Positions 58,838 to 64,000 of a DNA stretch of 64,000 bases are shown here, piece by piece. The stretch is from Candidatus Xenobia bacterium. GTDB lineage: Bacteria; Vulcanimicrobiota; Xenobia; Xenobiales; QWHO01. The notes beneath the pieces are model-generated. The model searched no databases. It saw nothing but the letters and a program-made list of their open reading frames with translations, and was not told the origin of the DNA. A program made the translations under genes and the position numbers. The first letter of the stretch is position 1; each line of letters begins with the position of its first letter. Where the stretch lies: assembly GCA_045863235.1 (NCBI GenBank), contig BTUM01000029.1:17803-81802 (forward strand). The letters run 5' to 3'.

Positions 58838-60354
58838 AAGACCTGGCCGTCTTCCACAGCCTGCTCGAGGGGATTGCCGAGGAGATGGGCGCGGCCCTGC
58901 GCCGCTCGGCCTTCTCGCCCAATATCCGCGAGCGGCTCGACTTCTCGTGCGCTCTGTTCGACCTCTCCGGCCAGCTGTTGGCCCAGGCGGCCCACATTCC
59001 CGTGCACCTGGGCTCGATGCCCCAGTTGCTGCAAAGGCTGGCCGGCGAGGTCGAGATGGGGCCGCGCGACATGCTGCTGGTCAACGATCCCAGCTGGGGG
59101 GGCACCCACCTGCCCGACCTGACCCTGGTCACGCCCCTGACGCTGGGCACACGGCGACTTGGCTATGCCGCCTCGCGCGCCCACCACGCCGACGTGGGAG
59201 GCATGGCGGCCGGCTCCATGCCGATGTCGCAGGAGCTGGTCCAGGAAGGGCTGATTCTTCCCCCTGTGCGATTGCTGGTGAACGGACGGCGCAACGCCGA
59301 CGTCTGGGCTCTCTTGCTGCGCAACGTGCGCACCCCCCGCGAGCGCGAAGGCGACCTGCTGGCCCAGGTGGCCGCCAACCACACCGCCGTGCGCCGGGTG
59401 GGCGAGCTGGCCGGACGGGTCGCCTGGGAGAGCTCGTGCCGGGCCCTGCTCGAGCACTCCGAGCGACTGGTGCGGGTCGCTCTCTCGGACCTCCCCGCCG
59501 GTAAGGCTCGGGCCGAGGACTATCTCGAGCACCGAGGCCAGCGGGTCCCCCTGCGGGTGGCCCTGGAGATCTCGCCGGGGGGCCTTTCCTGTGACTTCAC
59601 GGGAACCTCGCCCGCCCTGCCCGGAAACCTGAACGCGCCCCTTCCGGTCACCTCGGCGGCCGTCTACTACGCCGTTTTGTGCCTGCTGGGGGGGCAAGCT
59701 CCGGTCAATCAGGGAGCCTTCCGCCCCATCACCATCCAGGCTCCCGAGGGCTCGCTCCTGAACCCGCCCCCCTGGGCGGCGGTGGCCGCCGGCAACGTGG
59801 AGACCTCGCAGCGAGTGGTGGACCTGGTCTTCCAGGCCCTGGGGGAACTGGCCCCCGAGCGCGTGCCCGCCTGCTCGGCCGGCACCATGAACAATCTGGT
59901 CATGGGAGGGCGCGACTGGGCCTACTACGAGACCTCGGGCGGGGGAGCCGGGGCGGCCCGAGGATTGCCAGGTGGCTCGGGGTTGCAGGTCCACATGACC
60001 AACACCCGCAACACCCCGGCCGAGTCGCTCGAGTCCGACCACCCTCTGCGGCTGCGCCGTTACGCGCTGCGCCGGGGCAGCGGAGGGAAGGGAGCATTCC
60101 CGGGCGGGGACGGGCTGGTCCGCGAAGTGGAGTTGCTGCGTCCGGCCACCGTTTCGCTTTTGGCCCAACGGCGCGCTTCCGGTCCCCCGGGGGCCTGCGG
60201 AGGCCAGCCAGGCCAGGTCGGATCCGACACCTACCGCCTGCCGGGAGGCCACCCGCAGCCGCTCGATCCCCAGTCCAGCCAGGACTTTCCGGCCGGGACG
60301 ATCCTCCGCCTGGAGACGCCGGGAGGAGGCGGGTGGGGGAAAGCTCAGGGCTGA
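58834..60354 (+). CDS. Hydantoinase/5-oxoprolinase subunit B family
   Basis: 'SPNIRERLDFSCA', 'HIPVHLG', 'GGTHLPD', 'HHADVGG', 'TPGGGG.G'. Confidence 0.93.
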   Translation: MKDLAVFHSLLEGIAEEMGAALRRSAFSPNIRERLDFSCALFDLSGQLLAQAAHIPVHLGSMPQLLQRLAGEVEMGPRDMLLVNDPSWGGTHLPDLTLVTPLTLGTRRLGYAASRAHHADVGGMAAGSMPMSQELVQEGLILPPVRLLVNGRRNADVWALLLRNVRTPREREGDLLAQVAANHTAVRRVGELAGRVAWESSCRALLEHSERLVRVALSDLPAGKARAEDYLEHRGQRVPLRVALEISPGGLSCDFTGTSPALPGNLNAPLPVTSAAVYYAVLCLLGGQAPVNQGAFRPITIQAPEGSLLNPPPWAAVAAGNVETSQRVVDLVFQALGELAPERVPACSAGTMNNLVMGGRDWAYYETSGGGAGAARGLPGGSGLQVHMTNTRNTPAESLESDHPLRLRRYALRRGSGGKGAFPGGDGLVREVELLRPATVSLLAQRRASGPPGACGGQPGQVGSDTYRLPGGHPQPLDPQSSQDFPAGTILRLETPGGGGWGKAQG

Positions 60355-60372
60355 GCCGAAGAATGCCCTCGC

Positions 60373-61068
60373 GTGTTCCTCTTCAGCAAGCCCCCCAATT
60401 ATGACCAGAAGCGGAAGACCCAGCGCGTCAGCTGCAAACTGGCCACCATCTGCGAGCAGGGCAAAGCGGCTTTCAACGCCACGGTGGTCGATCTGGGGAG
60501 TCAGGGAATGCGCTTGATCGTCCCGCGCAAGCTGAAGGCCGGGACCCGGCTCAACGTATCGGCCGCCAAGGGGGATGTCGAAGGCAGGAGCGTCACCTTC
60601 GAGGTGCGCTGGTGCCGGCAGAAGCGCTTCACCTCCAGCATCGAGGTGGGGGGGCTGTATCGCTCGGCCCTGGAGGGGAGCTGGGTGGAGCGAGCCCTGC
60701 GCGAGCTGGGGATCAAGCGCGGGGGGAGCCAGGAGCGCCGCCGCTCGGTTCGGGCCGCCGTCAACCAGGATTTCACCCTGTCGGTGCAGATCAACGGCAC
60801 CCTTCCGGGCAAGGTGGAGAACCTTTCGCTGGGCGGGGCCCAGGTGGTGATGGGCCACCCGCTCGGCAACGAGCTACTGGACGTGGTGCTCGGGCCCTAC
60901 TACCACCTCAAGGCCTTGAAACTGAAGGCCGAGGTGGTGCACGAAATGAGCTCCCACTTCGCGGATACCTGGTACTACGGGCTGACCTTCAGCCACCTGA
61001 CGCCTCCCCAGCGGGCTCAGCTCAACCAGTATGTCGAGCACCTGCTGAAGGCCCAGGCGGAGAGCTAA
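60373..61068 (+). CDS. Tandem PilZ domain protein
   Basis: RKTQR/DLGSQG and RRSVR/NLSLGG motifs. Confidence 0.82.
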   Translation: MFLFSKPPNYDQKRKTQRVSCKLATICEQGKAAFNATVVDLGSQGMRLIVPRKLKAGTRLNVSAAKGDVEGRSVTFEVRWCRQKRFTSSIEVGGLYRSALEGSWVERALRELGIKRGGSQERRRSVRAAVNQDFTLSVQINGTLPGKVENLSLGGAQVVMGHPLGNELLDVVLGPYYHLKALKLKAEVVHEMSSHFADTWYYGLTFSHLTPPQRAQLNQYVEHLLKAQAES

Positions 61069-61137
61069 TGTGCTCGCACTTTGGTTTAGCACAATCTGAC
61101 GAACGTTAAGTGCAAGACCAAAGGCCTTGCACTGAAC

Positions 61138-61842
61138 TTAGATCAGGCCCTTTTTCATGGCCAGCACGGTGGCTTCGGTGCGATTGTTGACCTGCAGCTT
61201 TTGGAAGATGTTGGAGATATGGTTGCGCACCGTGTGCTCGCTGATGGCCAGCTCGGAAGCGATCACCTTGTTGGGCTTGCCACCCGCCACCAGCTTGAGG
61301 ATCTCTTGCTCGCGCGGGCTCAGGGTGGCAAACAGACCCGGCTCGAGCCCCTCGCGGCGGGTCATCTCCGAAAGGTGGGAAAACTCGGCCAGCAGCCGGT
61401 CGGCCAGCATCGGCTCGAGCAGGTTGCCCTCGTGGAAGACGCGACGGACGGTGTCGAGCAGTTCGTTGGAGCCGGTATCCTTGGTCAAGAAGCCGCTGGC
61501 GCCCGCCTTGACGGCCTGAAAGATGGAGGCCAGGTCGCGCGAGACCGTCAGGATGACGATCTTGGTGGTGGGCAGCTCGGCCTTGAAGCGCACGCAAGCT
61601 TCGATGCCGTCCATCCCGGGCATGTTCAGGTCGAGCAGAATGACGTCGGGAGCCACCTCGCGGGCCAGCTCGAGGGCCTGGTGGCCACCCGAGGCTTCGG
61701 CCACCACTTCGATGTCCTCATGACCGCGCAGCAGGCTTCGAATCCCTTCCCGGAACAGCAGGTGGTCGTCGACGACCATGAGGCGAATGATGGCCGGTTT
61801 CCCCCCTTGCACTGTGGTAGGACTCTTGCGTTCTTTGCTCAT
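61138..61842 (-). CDS. NarL/FixJ-family response regulator (REC + LuxR HTH)
   Basis: 'VVDDH', 'LLDLNMP', 'GFLTK', 'LSPRE.EIL..VA.G..NK.IA..L.ISE.TV'. Confidence 0.95.
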   Translation of the reverse strand: MSKERKSPTTVQGGKPAIIRLMVVDDHLLFREGIRSLLRGHEDIEVVAEASGGHQALELAREVAPDVILLDLNMPGMDGIEACVRFKAELPTTKIVILTVSRDLASIFQAVKAGASGFLTKDTGSNELLDTVRRVFHEGNLLEPMLADRLLAEFSHLSEMTRREGLEPGLFATLSPREQEILKLVAGGKPNKVIASELAISEHTVRNHISNIFQKLQVNNRTEATVLAMKKGLI

Positions 61843-62009
61843 GACCCCCGCGTTCCCTCTTCAAGTTCTGACCGTGCCCCGTCACGCTTCTTCCTTCTGC
61901 CCCCCCTGCACAGCCCCCCTCCCCTGGCCGGTCCTAAAGGGAAGGCTCTGCCACCTTGTAACATGGATTCAAGGAAGTTTCTCACTCTCGATCATTTCTG
62001 GGCGATATT

Positions 62010-62447
62010 TCAGCGTTTGAGGCTCTGACCGACATCGCCCTGGTTTACACTGAGATAAACCACCCCTTCCATCTGGGCCATCGCCCCGGGAGCGGGACGC
62101 TGGCTGACCACCGTGCCAATTGGATAGCGGCGATCCTGGCGCACCCCCTCGAACTGCCAGGCGAGTCCGAGCTGACGCAAGAGCTGCTGGGCTTTCTCGG
62201 GCTCGAGCCCGTAGAGGTTGGGGATCTCCACGTAGCGGTAGCGCCGGCAGAACTCCCTGTATGCCTGGTAGAGATTCCGGGTGGCCAGCTCGGGGTCGTT
62301 CTGGGCCGGCAGCACCAGGCACTCGCGCTTGCCGCGCCGCTCGCGGTCGAGGTTGTGCCGGAAGGCGAACCAGAGGATGAACTTCTCCTCCAGGTCGGTC
62401 TGGGGCACCATGTAGAGCGCGTTCTCAGCGAGCTCGGGCTCGATCAT
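62010..62447 (-). CDS. PASTA domain protein
   Basis: 'IPNLYGL....AQQLL..LGL', 'GTVVSQRP.PG'. Confidence 0.7.
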   Translation of the reverse strand: MIEPELAENALYMVPQTDLEEKFILWFAFRHNLDRERRGKRECLVLPAQNDPELATRNLYQAYREFCRRYRYVEIPNLYGLEPEKAQQLLRQLGLAWQFEGVRQDRRYPIGTVVSQRPAPGAMAQMEGVVYLSVNQGDVGQSLKR

Positions 62448-62509
62448 TGTAGCCGCTGGATTCGAGTCTCAGGCAGGGGAGGCCTGCGGGCCTTCCAGAA
62501 GCTGCGGTG

Positions 62510-62800
62510 ATGGACGGCCCGCTCACCTTCGCCCGCTTTCAAGAGTTCATTCGCTCGCGCTACCACGAGCGCGATGCCGCCCGCGGAACGGCTGCCAACT
62601 TCATGTGGATGATGGAGGAGATCGGCGAGCTGGCCACCGCCCTGCATCACGCCTCGGAAGCAGGCTCGGAGGAGCTGGCCCAGGAGTTTGCCGACGTACT
62701 GGGCTGGCTGACAACCCTGGCCAACATGCACGGGGTGGACCTGGAGCAGGCCTTGCGGCGCAAGTACCTCGACCGGGGCGGGGAGCTGCACAAGGCTTGA
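62510..62800 (+). CDS. MazG-like nucleotide pyrophosphohydrolase
   Basis: 'EEIGELA', 'EFADVLGWL..LAN..GVDLE.A...KY'. Confidence 0.88.
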   Translation: MDGPLTFARFQEFIRSRYHERDAARGTAANFMWMMEEIGELATALHHASEAGSEELAQEFADVLGWLTTLANMHGVDLEQALRRKYLDRGGELHKA

Positions 62801-62814
62801 GCATGGGCGACGCT

Positions 62815-63804
62815 CTAGAGGCCGAGCGCCTGGAGCGTGAGCCGATCCGCCTGGCAGGTCACCGGCAGCGTCCGGGCCAGTTGGAACCGACCCAGGCTCT
62901 CGGGGTCGAAGCCCGCCTCGGGGCCCAGCTCGCGCTGCAGCGCCTCTTTCACCTTCTCGGGGTCGGCCCGCTCGATAGCCTCGAGGTCCTCCAGGCTCAG
63001 CTCCGGGCCCACGATGGTCACGCTGGTCCCCTCGGCGATCTCGGGGTGGGCGAACAGCTCGTCCATGTCCTCGTTGCGCAAGGCCATGCAGCCAAAGGTC
63101 CAGTTGGCGTGGATCCCCTTGCCGTGGATCTGGATCTCCCCGCCGATGTCGGGGTTGCCCTCCAGGAGCCCGTTGCGCTTGAAGAAGTCGTAACGCTGGC
63201 GGTCGATGGCATTGGGGTAGTCGATGTCGTAAGCCCGGTAGTAGGTGGCTTCGGGCTGCAAGGAGATGATCTGGTAGCGCCCCTCGGGAGTGGAGGCGTT
63301 GTCGTAGCAGACCTTGCGCTGATGATACTTCTTCCCCATGGCGATGGGGTAGCGCTTGACCCGCTTTCCCCCATCCTGCACCTCCAGGAAGAAGCGGCTC
63401 TTGTCCACCAGCAGGGAGGGCCGCTGCAGGGATGGCAGCGGGCGGTCGGGCCACTGGATGGCGACCTCGTTGGAGACGCGCTCACCCAGGCGCAGTCGGT
63501 AGTAGCAGGTCACCCCATCGGGCGCATCCTGGTCGAAGACGGTTCCCTCGGGCGCGTCCAGGGAGACCTCCCGCACGGGGTGGCGACCGGGGACGGCGCC
63601 CGAGGAGGTGGAGACCAGCAGCCTGGGGGGCTCCGGGGCGTGGTAGGCCAGCTGGCGCTCTTTCTCGAGCGAGAGCTTCAGGCTGGCGTCGGGCTGAAGG
63701 CTGACCTGGGGTGCAGGGGCGGAGTGCGGGGAGCGCGCCGGCTCGGGCCCCGCCTGGCACCCGGCCAGCAGCAGGACCAGAGCCAGCAGGACCGTCCGCC
63801 TCAA
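62815..63804 (-). CDS. L,D-transpeptidase family lipoprotein
   Basis: Lipobox LAG-C; 'TPEGRY', 'IDYPN', 'IQIHG...WTFGCMAL.N'; TTG start overlapping the upstream stop. Confidence 0.88.
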   Translation of the reverse strand: MRRTVLLALVLLLAGCQAGPEPARSPHSAPAPQVSLQPDASLKLSLEKERQLAYHAPEPPRLLVSTSSGAVPGRHPVREVSLDAPEGTVFDQDAPDGVTCYYRLRLGERVSNEVAIQWPDRPLPSLQRPSLLVDKSRFFLEVQDGGKRVKRYPIAMGKKYHQRKVCYDNASTPEGRYQIISLQPEATYYRAYDIDYPNAIDRQRYDFFKRNGLLEGNPDIGGEIQIHGKGIHANWTFGCMALRNEDMDELFAHPEIAEGTSVTIVGPELSLEDLEAIERADPEKVKEALQRELGPEAGFDPESLGRFQLARTLPVTCQADRLTLQALGL

Positions 63805-64000
63805 GTCAGCGGACCGAACCCCATCAGCTTGAGCAGAGCCGTGAGCACCCCCGTCAGGCCCTCGCCGGCGATCAGGCCGGAGGCCAGCGAGAAGCCCAGA
63901 GCCGTGGCCGCGGCTGCGTTGCGGCGTTGCCAGGCGCTGTAGAGCAGGGCTCCGGCGCACATGGTCAGGCTGTAGAAGGGCTGCACGATGAAGGCGATGC
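63801..64000 (-). CDS. C-terminal end of an OPT-family oligopeptide transporter (partial, runs off the window)
   Basis: 'LASGLIAGEGLTGV' C-terminal OPT-type motif. Confidence 0.7.
   Translation of the reverse strand, partial: IAFIVQPFYSLTMCAGALLYSAWQRRNAAAATALGFSLASGLIAGEGLTGVLTALLKLMGFGPLT

Overview
GC-rich (about two-thirds G+C by eye) bacterial chromosomal window. It has no rRNA, tRNA, CRISPR array or intact transposase that I can recognise. Housekeeping genes: gltB (no adjacent gltD), large NAD-glutamate dehydrogenase, hydantoinase/oxoprolinase A+B, malQ, nth, an Fpg/Nei glycosylase, msrB, a Fur-family regulator, a MazG-like protein, an L,D-transpeptidase, an amidase, a PlsC-type acyltransferase, a GlpT/UhpC-type MFS transporter and an AcpA-type phosphoesterase. 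Accessory content: three Phd/VapC toxin-antitoxin pairs, an AAA+DUF4143 ATPase and two tandem-PilZ proteins. Most interesting: (1) a minor-pilin operon (PilX/PilV/PilW-like) bracketed by two paralogous HTTM (SdpB/gamma-carboxylase-like) membrane proteins and followed by a convergent PilC/GspF gene, where the PilX-like protein ends in a (GTAAGTTT)n repeat and a GCGCGC-MMM tail; (2) a non-coding ~120-bp tandem array at ~5 kb built around the palindrome GTAGTGCAA-N11-TTGCACTAC; (3) several hydrolases and membrane proteins lacking Sec signals but carrying low-complexity leaders, with two or three sharing a C-terminal hydrophobic-x-hydrophobic-GG-x-R motif, suggesting an alternative export route. 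The gene style would fit Ca. Eremiobacterota/Vulcanimicrobiota, but that is an impression, not a database result. All product calls come from motif recognition by eye.
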